From Actinomycetes bacterium (GTDB taxonomy: Bacteria > Actinomycetota > Acidimicrobiia > Acidimicrobiales > JAKAVM01), in the NCBI GenBank assembly GCA_021827485.1, contig JAKAVM010000101.1, positions 2,766 through 66,765 of the forward strand: DNA of 64,000 nucleotides, in the 5' to 3' direction. The notes beneath the pieces were generated by a model that was given only the letters and a program-made list of their open reading frames with translations, had not been told where the DNA came from and made no database searches. This document shows, piece by piece, positions 1 to 10,217 of the stretch (position 1 is the stretch's first letter; each line of letters opens with the position of its first letter). The translations under genes and the position numbers were made by a program.

Positions 1-61
1 GATCGTGTCCATCTAGGCCTGGTTTAGCTACAACAACACGATACGGACGAAGCATCAGATC

Positions 62-262
62 GTCCCGATCGCCCTGGTGCTCAGTGACGTTACTGCCCTG
101 GTGCCCAATAGTATTATCGCCCTGGTGCTCAGTGACGTTACTGCCCTGGTGCCCAATAGTATTATCGCCCTGGCGCTCAGTGACGTTACTGCCCTGGTGC
201 CCAATAGTATTATCGCCCTGGTGCTCAGTGACGTTACTGCCCTGGCGCTCAATGAAATTGGA
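62..262. repeat. Tandem repeat with a 48-bp unit made of two related 24-bp half-units, about 4 copies
   Basis: gccctggtgctcagtgacgttact + gccctggtgcccaatagtattatc recurs at 71, 119, 167 and 215 (period 48). It is open in several frames on both strands, so coding status is unresolved. Confidence 0.9.
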
Positions 263-574
263 GAACTCACGGGGCAATTTTAGAACCTGATTCACTCCCA
301 TACTCAAACTCAAAGGAAAATTAGATCGAAAGCGTGCTCACGGTCCTGCAAAAAGTCCTATTCAGCAGGTATTTACGCTTAGAGGCCGAGCGGTTAGGGG
401 GGGCATCTGGATCCTCGACTAGGGCCGGAACCCACCTATCCGCTCGGCCTCTTACTTGAAGGCTTTCGCCAACCCAATCAAATAGACAGGAAAGCGTTGC
501 AAACGCAAAGTTACAGGCATAACCGAATTGGTGAGGTCCACGTGAATCACTAATATTAAAGTATTAGTGTTCCC

Positions 575-1321
575 ATGAATGACCGACCACATAACGATAT
601 ACGTTCCACGAATCAGGGTCTATGCGTCTTGATTCCTTGCTATAACGAACATGCGACAATTGAGCGCGCTCTTGAAGCAGTGCGAAATTCACCCGTTGTT
701 ACCCAAATCATAATCGTCGACGACGGCTCTACCGACGGTTCGCGTGAGATCCTCGGCAAACTTCAAGAGAAATATTCAACACTTTCAAATGTGCCGCGTC
801 TCGAAATACTTCTCCAACCTACCAACTTGGGTAAAGGGGCAGCATTGCGTCGAGGCTTTGCACATGTAACAGAACCGTACGTAGTTATTCAAGACGCAGA
901 TTTAGAATACGACCCAACAGAGTATCCAAAATTGCTTGCACCCCTATTGGATGGTCATGCCGAAGTGGTATATGGTTCACGATTTATAGGAACTGGTCCG
1001 CATCGCGTTTTGTACTTCTGGCATTCTGTTGGCAATCGCTTTCTGACCAATGTCTCCAACATGTTCACGAACCTAAATCTCACCGATATGGAGACCTGTT
1101 ACAAAGTCTTTCGCACCGATATATTACAGTCACTTGATCTAAAGGAAAACCGATTTGGGTTTGAGCCAGAAGTTACAGCAAAAATTGCCAAGAAAAAAGT
1201 AAGAGTATACGAAGTTGGAATCACTTACTGGGGAAGAACTTACGAGGATGGCAAGAAGATTGGATGGAAAGATGCAGTGCGAGCACTTTATTGCATCATC
1301 AAATATTCATTCATTGATTAA
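575..1321 (+). CDS. Family 2 glycosyltransferase (GT-A fold)
   Basis: Motifs LIPCYNE, VDDGSTDGS, GKGAALRRGF and IQDADLEYDP (DxD). Confidence 0.8.
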   Translation: MNDRPHNDIRSTNQGLCVLIPCYNEHATIERALEAVRNSPVVTQIIIVDDGSTDGSREILGKLQEKYSTLSNVPRLEILLQPTNLGKGAALRRGFAHVTEPYVVIQDADLEYDPTEYPKLLAPLLDGHAEVVYGSRFIGTGPHRVLYFWHSVGNRFLTNVSNMFTNLNLTDMETCYKVFRTDILQSLDLKENRFGFEPEVTAKIAKKKVRVYEVGITYWGRTYEDGKKIGWKDAVRALYCIIKYSFID

Positions 1322-1333
1322 GCACGTATCGAA

Positions 1334-3352
1334 CTATACCTCTTGTATTAGTTCTTGAGGAATCTCGTCTATAAAGCGACTTCTCTGGTTGTACAATGTG
1401 TCTCCCCACAACCCTCGGGAACTTGCGTAAGAAATGTAGAGCCTCTTACGGGCTCTAGTTATACCCACATAGGCAAGGCGGCGTTCTTCTTCAATCGAAT
1501 TATTGTCTCCCATAGAGCGTCCGTGAGGGAACATCCCCTCTTCCATGCCAACCATGAATACGTTGTCAAACTCTAGTCCTTTAGCGGTATGAATAGTCAT
1601 CAAGACGACTTTGCCGGAGGAAGAATCCATTGAGTCGCTATCGGACACAAGAGTTACGGCCTCCATCATCTCTTCTAGCGATGAATAGTTGGCAGCCATA
1701 CCGACCAGCTCCTTGATATTATCCCTGCGCATATCAGCCTCGGCCGTTGGCTCACTTTCCAGGTCCTCTAGATACCCGCATTCTTCTAGGAGGTGCTCGA
1801 TAGTCTCGCTCACACCAAGTCCTTCGGATGATGATTTTGCTATAGAACTGATCATTTCCAAGAATTGAGAAATGGCTTTGGCTGTCCTGGCCGATATTCC
1901 GAACTCTTGAGCTAACTCACATGCTTCGTATAACGATAAGTTATTTTCCCTTGATGCTTTCTCGAGTTTAGCAATAGTCGTATCTCCGATTCCCCTGCGT
2001 GGAACATTAATTACTCGTTTGAGAGATACCTCATCAGAATGATTCACTACTAAACGAAGATACGCAAGAATATCTTTTATCTCTTTACGATCATAGAACT
2101 TTACACCTCCCAATACCTGATAGGGTATAGTCCAACTAACAAGTTGCTCTTCAATTGCGCGGGACTGGGAGTTGGTGCGGTAAAACACGGCAACATCAGA
2201 GTAGGACTCTCCTTTCCCCTTCACTAGGCGCAAGATTTCGCTGACAATCCAACTTGCTTCGTCGCGCTCGTTAGAGCTTTCTCGTAGGTAGATCGGCTCA
2301 CCATCTTCAATTTCGGTCCAAAGATCCTTGGGTTTGCGCGAAATATTGTTTGCGATAACTGCATTTGCGGCATCCAGAATAGGCTTTGTGGAACGGTAGT
2401 TGCGTTCCAGTAAGACGACTTTGGCTCCGGGAAAGTGACGTTCAAAGTCCAAGATATTACGTATATCGGCTTTGCGCCAGGAGTAAATTGATTGGTCCGC
2501 ATCACCAACTACGCAGATATTACGATGATCTTGACTCAGCAAAAATGCTATTTGAGCTTGCGCTCGGTTCGTATCTTGATATTCGTCTACTAGGACATGA
2601 CTAAACCTTGATTTCCATCTTTTAATTACTTCAGAGTCACTCTTGAAAATCTCATAGGTCAACATCAGAAGATCATCAAAATCCATTGCGTTAGCAGCAA
2701 AAAGTCTCTTTTGGTATTGACTATATACGTCCCCTGCGACCTTCTCGACAAGGTCGCCTCCACGCGATTTTTCTGCAAAAGTTTCAAAATCTATCAGATC
2801 TGCTTTTGCCGAGGAGATGATGGAAGCCACCTTCTTGGGAGGGAACTTCTTGGCATCATAGTCTAGGTCTCTTAGAACATATTGAACCAGCCTCACCGAA
2901 TCAGACTGGTCATATATTGAAAAGTTTGACTTATATCCTCTCGATTTTGCTTCGGACCTGAGAATTCTAACGCAGGCTGAGTGAAATGTAGATACCCACA
3001 TTCTTTCTGCCACATCTCCGACTAAAGACTGGACTCGCCGTTGCATCTCTGATGCGGCTTTGTTGGTAAAGGTTATAGCAAGGATCGAGTTGGGATGGAT
3101 GCCGTGATTGGCAATCAAGTTGGCAATTCGATGGGTAAGTACTCTCGTCTTGCCTGACCCTGCCCCAGCAACAACTAGCAACGGTCCGCCCGAGTGTAAT
3201 ACCGCCTCACGCTGGGCGCCATTGAGTCCCTCTAGTATTCGTTCAGAGTCAATTGACACAGTACGATGCCTGGGTTCTATTCCAGAGTTAGCGCTCGCAG
3301 TCAGCCTCGACGCGTCAGTCGGCACCGCAGTCTGCCTAGCTTCTATTCCCAC
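1334..3352 (-). CDS. pcrA: ATP-dependent DNA helicase, PcrA/UvrD family
   Basis: Walker [34 protein letters not shown] and a C-terminal [14 protein letters not shown]. Start is uncertain because it overlaps the guaA end by 10 bp. Confidence 0.85.
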   Translation of the reverse strand: MGIEARQTAVPTDASRLTASANSGIEPRHRTVSIDSERILEGLNGAQREAVLHSGGPLLVVAGAGSGKTRVLTHRIANLIANHGIHPNSILAITFTNKAASEMQRRVQSLVGDVAERMWVSTFHSACVRILRSEAKSRGYKSNFSIYDQSDSVRLVQYVLRDLDYDAKKFPPKKVASIISSAKADLIDFETFAEKSRGGDLVEKVAGDVYSQYQKRLFAANAMDFDDLLMLTYEIFKSDSEVIKRWKSRFSHVLVDEYQDTNRAQAQIAFLLSQDHRNICVVGDADQSIYSWRKADIRNILDFERHFPGAKVVLLERNYRSTKPILDAANAVIANNISRKPKDLWTEIEDGEPIYLRESSNERDEASWIVSEILRLVKGKGESYSDVAVFYRTNSQSRAIEEQLVSWTIPYQVLGGVKFYDRKEIKDILAYLRLVVNHSDEVSLKRVINVPRRGIGDTTIAKLEKASRENNLSLYEACELAQEFGISARTAKAISQFLEMISSIAKSSSEGLGVSETIEHLLEECGYLEDLESEPTAEADMRRDNIKELVGMAANYSSLEEMMEAVTLVSDSDSMDSSSGKVVLMTIHTAKGLEFDNVFMVGMEEGMFPHGRSMGDNNSIEEERRLAYVGITRARKRLYISYASSRGLWGDTLYNQRSRFIDEIPQELIQEV

Positions 3353-4881
3353 TCTATCGTTCCAGGAGGTTTGGAAGTAATATCATATGCAACACGATTT
3401 ACTCCCGCTACCTCATTTATTAACCTATTGGCAATTCGGTCCAACAGTTCGAATGGAAGTCGAGCCCAATCTGCAGTCATGGCGTCTTCACTAGTCACAG
3501 CCCTAACTATGATTGGATATGCGTAAGTACGCTCATCGCCCATGACCCCGACGCTTCTAACCGCTGGTAGTACTGCAAAACTCTGCCACAGTTCCTTCCA
3601 AAGTCCATAAGACTTGACTTCTTCCACAACAATTGCATCAGCAGCGCTGAGAATGTCTAGACGCTCTTTAGTTACTTCTCCAACAATCCTTACCGCCAAA
3701 CCTGGACCGGGAAATGGCTGTCGCCAAATGATCTCCTCCGAGAGACCCAGTTCCAAGCCAATAGTCCTAACTTCGTCCTTGAAAAGATCCCGTAACGGCT
3801 CAATAAGTTTGAAATCCATATCTTCGGGGAGTCCCCCGACATTATGATGGGTCTTGATGATGGCTGCATCTTGTCCCCCGGACTCGATAACGTCCGGATA
3901 GAGAGTTCCCTGGACTAAGAACTTATGATCCCCTAGCTTCTTGGCAATTGATTCAAATACTCGGATAAAATTCTCCCCAATAATCTTGCGCTTGGATTCT
4001 GGATCTTCAACCCCTTGAAGTTTTGACAAAAAGCGATCCTTTTCGTCTGCCATAATCAGCTCAACATGAAACTTCCCAGCAAAAAGTGCTTCTACTTCGT
4101 CAGCTTCTCCTTTGCGCATGAGACCTGTATCGACAAAAACGCAAGTTAGCTGCTCGCCTACCGCTCGGTGCACCAACGTTGCCGCTACAGCTGAGTCAAC
4201 GCCTCCGGAAAGAGCACATAAGACTTTCCCATCTCCTACCTGGGATCGTATCTTTGCAACTGACGCCTCGATTATAGAAGCACTTGTCCAATTAGGAGTT
4301 GCTCCACAGATTTCCCTGACAAAAAGGTTGATAAGTTCCCGTCCCCCGTCTGTATGAACTACTTCAGGATGAAACTGCACTCCATATATCTTCTTGCTCG
4401 CGTTTTCCAGCGCTGCTACCGGTGCTTGCAGTGAACTAGCGGAAATCTTATATCCATCTGGAACAGATACAATTGAATCTGAATGACTCATCCAGACTTG
4501 AGATTCTTGGCGTGCCAAACAGGCGAGGATGCCAGAGCGATCATTTACCTCAATAGTTGTACGACCATATTCGCCCCTGCCTGTCTTGAGAACCGTTCCT
4601 CCCTCAATCTGGGCAATTAGCTGTGCTCCGTAACAGATTCCGAGTATCGGAATCCCAAGTCCGAAAATATTCGGATCTAGGCTTGGTGCGCCAGGTTGAT
4701 GAACCGATTTAGGACCGCCAGAAAGTATAATTCCCACTGGCGCTCGATCCTTGATTTCACGCTCAGTTATCTCGTAACTAACAATTTCGGAGTAGACATT
4801 AGCCTCTCTGACTCTGCGAGCTATCAGTTGAGAGTATTGCGCACCAAAATCTACGACCAGAATCGCGCCGTTACTACTCAA
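3343..4881 (-). CDS. guaA: GMP synthase (glutamine-hydrolysing)
   Basis: N-terminal GATase ([10 protein letters not shown]), PP-loop SGGVDSAV and C-terminal KPPGTIEWE. Confidence 0.95.
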   Translation of the reverse strand: MSSNGAILVVDFGAQYSQLIARRVREANVYSEIVSYEITEREIKDRAPVGIILSGGPKSVHQPGAPSLDPNIFGLGIPILGICYGAQLIAQIEGGTVLKTGRGEYGRTTIEVNDRSGILACLARQESQVWMSHSDSIVSVPDGYKISASSLQAPVAALENASKKIYGVQFHPEVVHTDGGRELINLFVREICGATPNWTSASIIEASVAKIRSQVGDGKVLCALSGGVDSAVAATLVHRAVGEQLTCVFVDTGLMRKGEADEVEALFAGKFHVELIMADEKDRFLSKLQGVEDPESKRKIIGENFIRVFESIAKKLGDHKFLVQGTLYPDVIESGGQDAAIIKTHHNVGGLPEDMDFKLIEPLRDLFKDEVRTIGLELGLSEEIIWRQPFPGPGLAVRIVGEVTKERLDILSAADAIVVEEVKSYGLWKELWQSFAVLPAVRSVGVMGDERTYAYPIIVRAVTSEDAMTADWARLPFELLDRIANRLINEVAGVNRVAYDITSKPPGTIEWE

Positions 4882-4908
4882 GGCAAGAACTATTCAATAG
4901 CGCCAGGG

Positions 4909-6072
4909 CTAGAGGCCCATGCCAACATGCTGAGCGCGCTGCAAAGCTTTACCTTCAGTTTGAAGAGCAGGCGCAACCATGACTTCAGCTTTATGAAACT
5001 CTCTTAGCGTTTCATAACCGCAAGTCGCCATTGATGTTCTAAGTGCCCCAAAAAGGTTGAGCTTGCCATCATTCTCATGCGCTGGTCCCACTAGTATCTC
5101 TTTGAGACTACCCCTTATCTTGGTCGCAACCCGAGTACCGCGGGGAAGGGTTGGGTGAAAGGTTGCCATTCCCCAGTGATAGCCGCGCCCCGGCGCTTCC
5201 TCGGCTGCGGCCAGTAAAGAACCAAGCATTACAGCATCAGCCCCGCAAGCAATTGCTTTGGCTACGTCACCACCATTTGACATCCCGCCATCGGCAATAA
5301 CGTGAACATATACCCCGGTCTCTTCCAAGTGGCGCATCCTCGCCCCAACCGCGTCAGCGATTGCGGTTGCTTGGGGAACGCCAATGCCTAATACTCCGCG
5401 AGATGTGCAAGCATTGCCCGGACCAACGCCTACCAATATCCCAACAGCGCCAGTCCTCATCAAATGTAATGCAGCAGGATATGAAGCGCAGCCACCTACG
5501 ATAATCGGAATGTCAAAATTCCTGATAAAAGACTTTAGGTTCAGTGGTTCGGCCGACTTGGAGACATGCTCAGCCGAGACAACGGTTCCTTGGACAATCA
5601 AGAGGTCTAACTCAGCTTCCAGTATCGCCTTTGCAAAACTCTCGGTACGCTGAGGTGTCACTGAAGCACAGGCAACAACACCAGCATCTTTGATCTCTCG
5701 AATCCTCTGAGAAACAAGCTCTACTTTAGGTGGCTCAGCATAGATCTGTTGCATGCGAGCAGTGACTTTATCTCCTTGCAGGGAGGCTATCTCGTCAAGA
5801 AGTGGCTCAGGATCTTCATATCGCGTCCAGAGACCTTCCAGATTCAATACTCCTACTCCGCCCAGTCTTCCAAGTTCAATTGCGCTCGCAGGACTTACTA
5901 CCCCGTCCATCGCTGCACCCATTAGGGGCAACTCAAATCGAAAAGCGTCAATCTCCCAAGAGATGTCGATGTCTTCGGGGTCACGGGTCCTGCGCGACGG
6001 TACAATTGCTATGTCGTCGAAACCATAGGCTCTTCGACCTGATTTCCCAATTCCAATTTCAACTTCGGCCAC
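4909..6072 (-). CDS. guaB3: GuaB3-like IMP dehydrogenase-family protein (no CBS pair)
   Basis: 387 aa. The N-terminus IGIGKSGRRAYGFDDIAIVPSRRTRD and the GGCASY / GADAVMLG barrel motifs resemble mycobacterial GuaB3 as I recall it. Confidence 0.75.
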   Translation of the reverse strand: MAEVEIGIGKSGRRAYGFDDIAIVPSRRTRDPEDIDISWEIDAFRFELPLMGAAMDGVVSPASAIELGRLGGVGVLNLEGLWTRYEDPEPLLDEIASLQGDKVTARMQQIYAEPPKVELVSQRIREIKDAGVVACASVTPQRTESFAKAILEAELDLLIVQGTVVSAEHVSKSAEPLNLKSFIRNFDIPIIVGGCASYPAALHLMRTGAVGILVGVGPGNACTSRGVLGIGVPQATAIADAVGARMRHLEETGVYVHVIADGGMSNGGDVAKAIACGADAVMLGSLLAAAEEAPGRGYHWGMATFHPTLPRGTRVATKIRGSLKEILVGPAHENDGKLNLFGALRTSMATCGYETLREFHKAEVMVAPALQTEGKALQRAQHVGMGL

Positions 6073-6279
6073 TTTTGTTGGTGCCTCCTACTTTCTACCG
6101 ATACGACACTTTTTGAAAACATTCTCAAGAGCCACGAAAGATCGTGGACACTTGAAAAATCAAAACCTAGTTCCACTATAGCCCAGCCCAGCTACAAGAA
6201 TACGACTCCCAGCTTGGCGAGTTGCAACCTGGTAGTTTGCCTTTTGGGTTGTGGTTAACCCTTGAGAAGCGCATGTGAC

Positions 6280-6490
6280 GGTGGGCGCTCGATTGGTTGG
6301 TGGGCGCTCGATTGGTTGGTGGGCGCTCGATTGGTTGGTGGGCGCTTCTATTGGGTAGTGGGCGCTCGATTGGTTGGTGGGCGCTCGATTGGTTGGTGGG
6401 CGCTCGATTGGTTGGTGGGCGCTCGATTGGTTGGTGGGCGCTCGGTTGGTTAGTGGGCGCTTCTATTGGGTAGTGGGCGCTCGGTTGGTT
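6280..6490. repeat. Tandem repeat with 19-bp unit ggtgggcgctcgattggtt, about 11 copies with a few variant units
   Basis: Period 19 read directly (6280, 6299, 6318 ...). Variant units read ggtgggcgcttctattgggta. Confidence 0.9.
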
Positions 6491-6748
6491 AGGGCTGGCT
6501 CGCTATTATGAGCAAAAAGGGGCAAGACCTTCCAATACGCCATAGCTGGCCCCATCGACAACTCCGGCTGCCAGAGGCTTTGCATAGGTTTCAAACAAAG
6601 TGATGACAACCTTCAAGAATCATCTTGCGATTCCACAGGTCGGTGCGCCAGGATAAAGTTTGGAAACTCCCTGTAAAAAAGATTAGCTTTTAGTTATAAA
6701 TGTTTGGAATAGTGCTATTGAATACTTTGAAAGATTTTTGATAAGCGG

Positions 6749-6883
6749 ATGAAAACTTCTGTACTGTTGGAAGGGGTTAGAGCAGTCGTAACCGGTGCCA
6801 CCAGCGGACTCGGCGCCGCGATGACTGATGCGCTTCTCCAAGCAGGTGCACGCGTGGCGATGGCTGCTAGACCAAGCTCCTGA
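6749..6883 (+). pseudogene. N-terminal fragment (44 codons) of a short-chain dehydrogenase/reductase, ending at the IS boundary
   Basis: Translates to MKTSVLLEGVRAVVTGATSGLGAAMTDALLQAGARVAMAARPSS*. It has the TGxxxGxG Rossmann motif, and the remainder of an SDR is absent from the window. Confidence 0.5.
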
Positions 6884-8488
6884 CTTCCGCGATCCTAGTG
6901 ACCACCCTCCAGTGAAAGTATGTTTGGCGGTATTTCCGGCGGTAGCTCAATGGTCTTTCCTCCGAATCTGATCACTGCACCCTTTAAGGGTCTAAGCATC
7001 TGAAGATATCTCCTGATAGATAAGTTGGTCCTGGCTTGTATGTGACGTGAGATTGCGAGGGCTCCGAAGACAACAGTCAGGTGTGCTTCTATTGAATCTC
7101 GCTTGTGGTGAAAGATTGGCCTGGCCTTCAAATCATGTTTTGACATTCGAAAGGATCTCTCGACTTCAAAGAGCTTGTGGTAGTGCCCTATTATCTGGGA
7201 AGCCTGAGCTGTTTCTATGTTCGTCACGTATCCTTTGATACCCGCTTTTGCTTTTGTATCTGCAATTAGGTCTTCATTGAGAGTTTTAGTCGTCCCTTCC
7301 AAGTTGACGAATCTAGTCCTGGTGACAGGGAGTTTATTTTCAAGCACTTTATTTGCCTTCGAAATCTGCTTTTCAATATTAGATAGATCTAAAGCCGCTC
7401 TCTTGGCCCTGTATTGGTAGATGACCCTGCGCTGCTTTTGACTCTCTCCTTTACCCATAACAATCGATTCCTCGAAGATCTGTCCGTCTTTGATCTCATC
7501 ACTTGGATTGTCTCTCTTGTATTCGCTCACCCCATGAGGTGTCTTATTGATTCGTGAACCGACGATGAAGGTAAAGCCCTGTTCTTCAAGTTCCAATAGA
7601 TTGGCAGCTGACAACATAGCGGCGTCTGCCACAATGACAGGGTTCGATAAACCGTTGAGCTTCGCAAAGGCCTTTATGACTGGCAGGATGGTGAGTGTCT
7701 CTGCCTTGTTTCCTTCAAATGAGTGGACCATAAGAGGAAAGCCCGACTCGTCTACGAGTAGGCCGACGATGATTTGAGGCTCTAAGCGCCTCTCTTTTGA
7801 GTACCCGGGTTTTCTGAACTCATCTTCCTTTTGTATTTCAAAGTAAAGAGTCGTCACGTCGTAGAGAAGAAGGGACATGCCGTTAGTCTGTGCGTTAGAA
7901 GAAAAGCAAGCTTTGGAGAACTTTTCTCTATAGTTTCTTTTCTGGCAACGCTGTAAAGACCGATAAATAGCATCGTCCGAGGGGGCTTTAAGACCAAGTT
8001 CTCCAAGAACTCTCACGCTATCAAGTTTTGAGACCGGTTCTATGATCCTCGCCAAAACAACCTGTTTAAAAACCTCGTCTCTTATTACATCAAATCCGAG
8101 TTGAGACCAGACCAACTCCAGCTGACTCCAAAGATAGGAGCTAGCAGTTGAGACGATCTTGGCTCCAAGTAGATCAGGAGCAAGCTCAAAAGATAGCTGA
8201 CCATCATGCATTTTTCTGGCAGCCTCGTCTAAGAGTAGAGCCAGTTCTTGGTCGTCGTGGGCTGAACCTATATGGTCGATTTTCGTCACATGGCGACCAT
8301 CTTTATGGACAATCTGGACTGCTCGTGCCCCAGACGTAGTCTTAACCTTACGGACGAACACTGACATCACCCCAGTCTACGATTTAAATCAAAATAGGCC
8401 TAGTAACCACATTGAAGATCAAAACCCCTGATCAGAAGGCTATGATATCCATAAATCGGCAAATGCGCGGAAGTCAGGAGGTCTAGCG
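6865..8488 (-). mobile_element. IS1634-family insertion sequence (IS4-like DDE transposase) with terminal inverted repeats
   Basis: A perfect 15-bp IR, ctcctgacttccgcg, lies at 6877-6891 with its reverse complement at 8466-8480. A possible extension (gctagac) with a 4-nt indel reaches 6865 and 8488. The element holds a single transposase ORF. Confidence 0.75.
6895..8370 (-). CDS. IS1634-family transposase
   Basis: The N-terminus VRKVKTTSGARAVQIVHKDGRHVTKIDHIGSAHDDQELALL is typical of actinobacterial IS1634/IS1549-type transposases. The C-terminus has a DDE region. Confidence 0.8.
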   Translation of the reverse strand: MMSVFVRKVKTTSGARAVQIVHKDGRHVTKIDHIGSAHDDQELALLLDEAARKMHDGQLSFELAPDLLGAKIVSTASSYLWSQLELVWSQLGFDVIRDEVFKQVVLARIIEPVSKLDSVRVLGELGLKAPSDDAIYRSLQRCQKRNYREKFSKACFSSNAQTNGMSLLLYDVTTLYFEIQKEDEFRKPGYSKERRLEPQIIVGLLVDESGFPLMVHSFEGNKAETLTILPVIKAFAKLNGLSNPVIVADAAMLSAANLLELEEQGFTFIVGSRINKTPHGVSEYKRDNPSDEIKDGQIFEESIVMGKGESQKQRRVIYQYRAKRAALDLSNIEKQISKANKVLENKLPVTRTRFVNLEGTTKTLNEDLIADTKAKAGIKGYVTNIETAQASQIIGHYHKLFEVERSFRMSKHDLKARPIFHHKRDSIEAHLTVVFGALAISRHIQARTNLSIRRYLQMLRPLKGAVIRFGGKTIELPPEIPPNILSLEGGH

Positions 8489-8663
8489 CCCCGGGTTTGA
8501 TGCAAACCTCCATTTTTGAGAGATGATATTGAAAAGTGTGCATGGGATTCAGGGACGTTTAGAGTGGCTTTAGTACGGGTGCCCACGCACGCCTGCTATT
8601 ACAACGGTTGACCGAAACCTAGAAAGTGTAGGTCGCGCGGCGATGATATACGCGACAGGCTCT
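8480..8663. repeat. Copy A of a ~184-bp dispersed repeat (direct orientation with copy B)
   Basis: Aligns by eye along its length with 10218-10400 with scattered mismatches, roughly 85-90% identity. Both copies share catttttgagagatgatattgaaaagtgtgcatgggattcagggacgtttagagtgg...gggtgcccacgcacgcctgctattac. Confidence 0.85.
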
Positions 8664-8860
8664 AAGTTCACCAGGGTTCCAACAAAATTGCAAGTATCTG
8701 GAAACGATAAACCTTAGGGGTAGCGAGAATACTTGAATATAATTTTTAGGCAAGCTGCAAATAGCCGAGTTACGATTGAAAAGCCTTATGAAGTAAAGTG
8801 GATACGATTATGACTTACGAAAATAGACACAGTGGTCCTGAATGGTTACACTAGTAAACT

Positions 8861-9106
8861 GTGACCGAGCTGCACGTCCTCGTTCCCGACGACATCGCCG
8901 AGCGTCTTCACGCAGAAGCCACGACTCGAGGGGTTACCGATGATCAGCTCGCAGCCCAGGCCCTCGATTCCTTTCTTCGCACTGAAGTCGAACAACCTCG
9001 ACGTGTCCCGAGCTTCATTGGTCTCGGAGACGCACCCGAAAGCTTTGACGTGCAACGCGCTGAAGAGCAGCTCGAAGATGAAGGGTTCGTCGCATCCTCC
9101 TCCTAG
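8861..9106 (+). CDS. Ribbon-helix-helix (CopG/VapB-like) antitoxin
   Basis: 81 aa. The N-terminus LHVLVPDDIAERLHAEATTRGVTDDQLAAQAL is paralogous to the ORF at 9278-9520. Confidence 0.6.
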   Translation: MTELHVLVPDDIAERLHAEATTRGVTDDQLAAQALDSFLRTEVEQPRRVPSFIGLGDAPESFDVQRAEEQLEDEGFVASSS

Positions 9107-9309
9107 ATACAGGCCCGCTGGCAGCTGCTGTCATCCGACCGGCTCAAGTCAATGAGGATACCAGGGACATTTCGGTTGGCAGAGCGCTTCACATTCTTGC
9201 TACCACACGCGCTACGTTCCCGATGGCCATAATCGGGGAGTTTTGCAAGGCCGCTTGTCAGAAGGTAGAATGTTTCTGTGAGTCAGGTCCATCTGGAGCT
9301 TCCCGTTGA
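9082..9309 (+). pseudogene. Decayed PIN (VapC) toxin remnant without a start codon
   Basis: The open frame reads RRILLLDTGPLAAAV..., a typical PIN N-terminus. It has no ATG/GTG/TTG start, is much shorter than a PIN domain, and runs into the next antitoxin gene. Confidence 0.35.
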
Positions 9310-9520
9310 GCTTGCCAAACGTCTCCATGAGGCGGCCGCACAGCGCGGGCTTACCGAGGATGAAGTAGCCTTTGAAGTCCTCTCGGCGCACTTACCGCCC
9401 GTTCCAGACGAATCTTCCACATTGCCGCGTCGCCTTGGCTTCGTGTCGCTCGGCGCCAGCGGCCGCTCCGACATTTCCGAAAAGGCCGAAGAGATCTTGC
9501 GAGCCGAGTTTCCCGAGTGA
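9278..9520 (+). CDS. Ribbon-helix-helix antitoxin partner of the downstream VapC
   Basis: 80 aa, VHLELPVELAKRLHEAAAQRGLTEDEV. It overlaps the PIN gene by 4 bp. Confidence 0.65.
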   Translation: MSQVHLELPVELAKRLHEAAAQRGLTEDEVAFEVLSAHLPPVPDESSTLPRRLGFVSLGASGRSDISEKAEEILRAEFPE

Positions 9521-9927
9521 TCGTTGTCGACACCGGCGTGCTATTTGCGGCTACCGATGCTAATGATCATTACCACGAAGCCGTAGTTTCCTTCTTCGAC
9601 TCCAACACTGAACCGCTCTTCTCCACTCCAGGTGTCATCACCGAAGTCTCATTCCTCGTCGAAAAGTTTCTTGGGCCGGAGCGCGAGGCGAACTTCCTCG
9701 ATTCCATTGCTAGGGGCGATATCGCCGTTGAGTACCTCATTACAAGCGACTATGAGCGCATGGCCGAACTAGTGAGAACCTATGCCGACCTTCATCTCGG
9801 TTCGACGGATGCATCAGTGGTCGCCATAGCCGAGAGGCTGAGAGCTACAACCGTGGCGACGTTGGACCATCGCCATTTCAATGTGGTCCGTCCTGCTCAT
9901 ATAGACGCATTCACCATAGTTCCGTGA
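9517..9927 (+). CDS. vapC: PIN-domain ribonuclease toxin (VapC)
   Basis: MIVVDTGVLFAATDANDHYH and later acidic residues (TEVSFL, GSTDASVV) fit a PIN domain. Confidence 0.85.
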   Translation: MIVVDTGVLFAATDANDHYHEAVVSFFDSNTEPLFSTPGVITEVSFLVEKFLGPEREANFLDSIARGDIAVEYLITSDYERMAELVRTYADLHLGSTDASVVAIAERLRATTVATLDHRHFNVVRPAHIDAFTIVP

Positions 9928-10217
9928 GACCGGTTTTCGAAAGCCATATGAAATGAGTTTCGCCTGAGACGACTTGCGGCCCATAGGTGAAATCGCCCGC
10001 TCGTTCTCTGCCTAAGTTAGAGCGAAGTGAGGAAGTCTTCGCCGCTGGCAAACTTCTGGGTTCGCCCGGCATCAAGGTCGTCAAGCGACCGTAGTGACCA
10101 AGCTTGTTGGCAATAGTTATGTGAGGAGTTGTGTGCAAATTTGGTCAAGGTGTTGAAGAATTGATTATAGGTTATAGAAAAATAAATAAGATGTCAAGAG
10201 ATTGAGAATCCTACAAG

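Noticed and set aside
6262-6453. 63-aa ORF reading through the 19-bp tandem repeat
   Set aside because: The ORF is composed entirely of the repeat. The unit is not a multiple of three, so the peptide period comes from three units. No start context or flanking coding sequence supports it.
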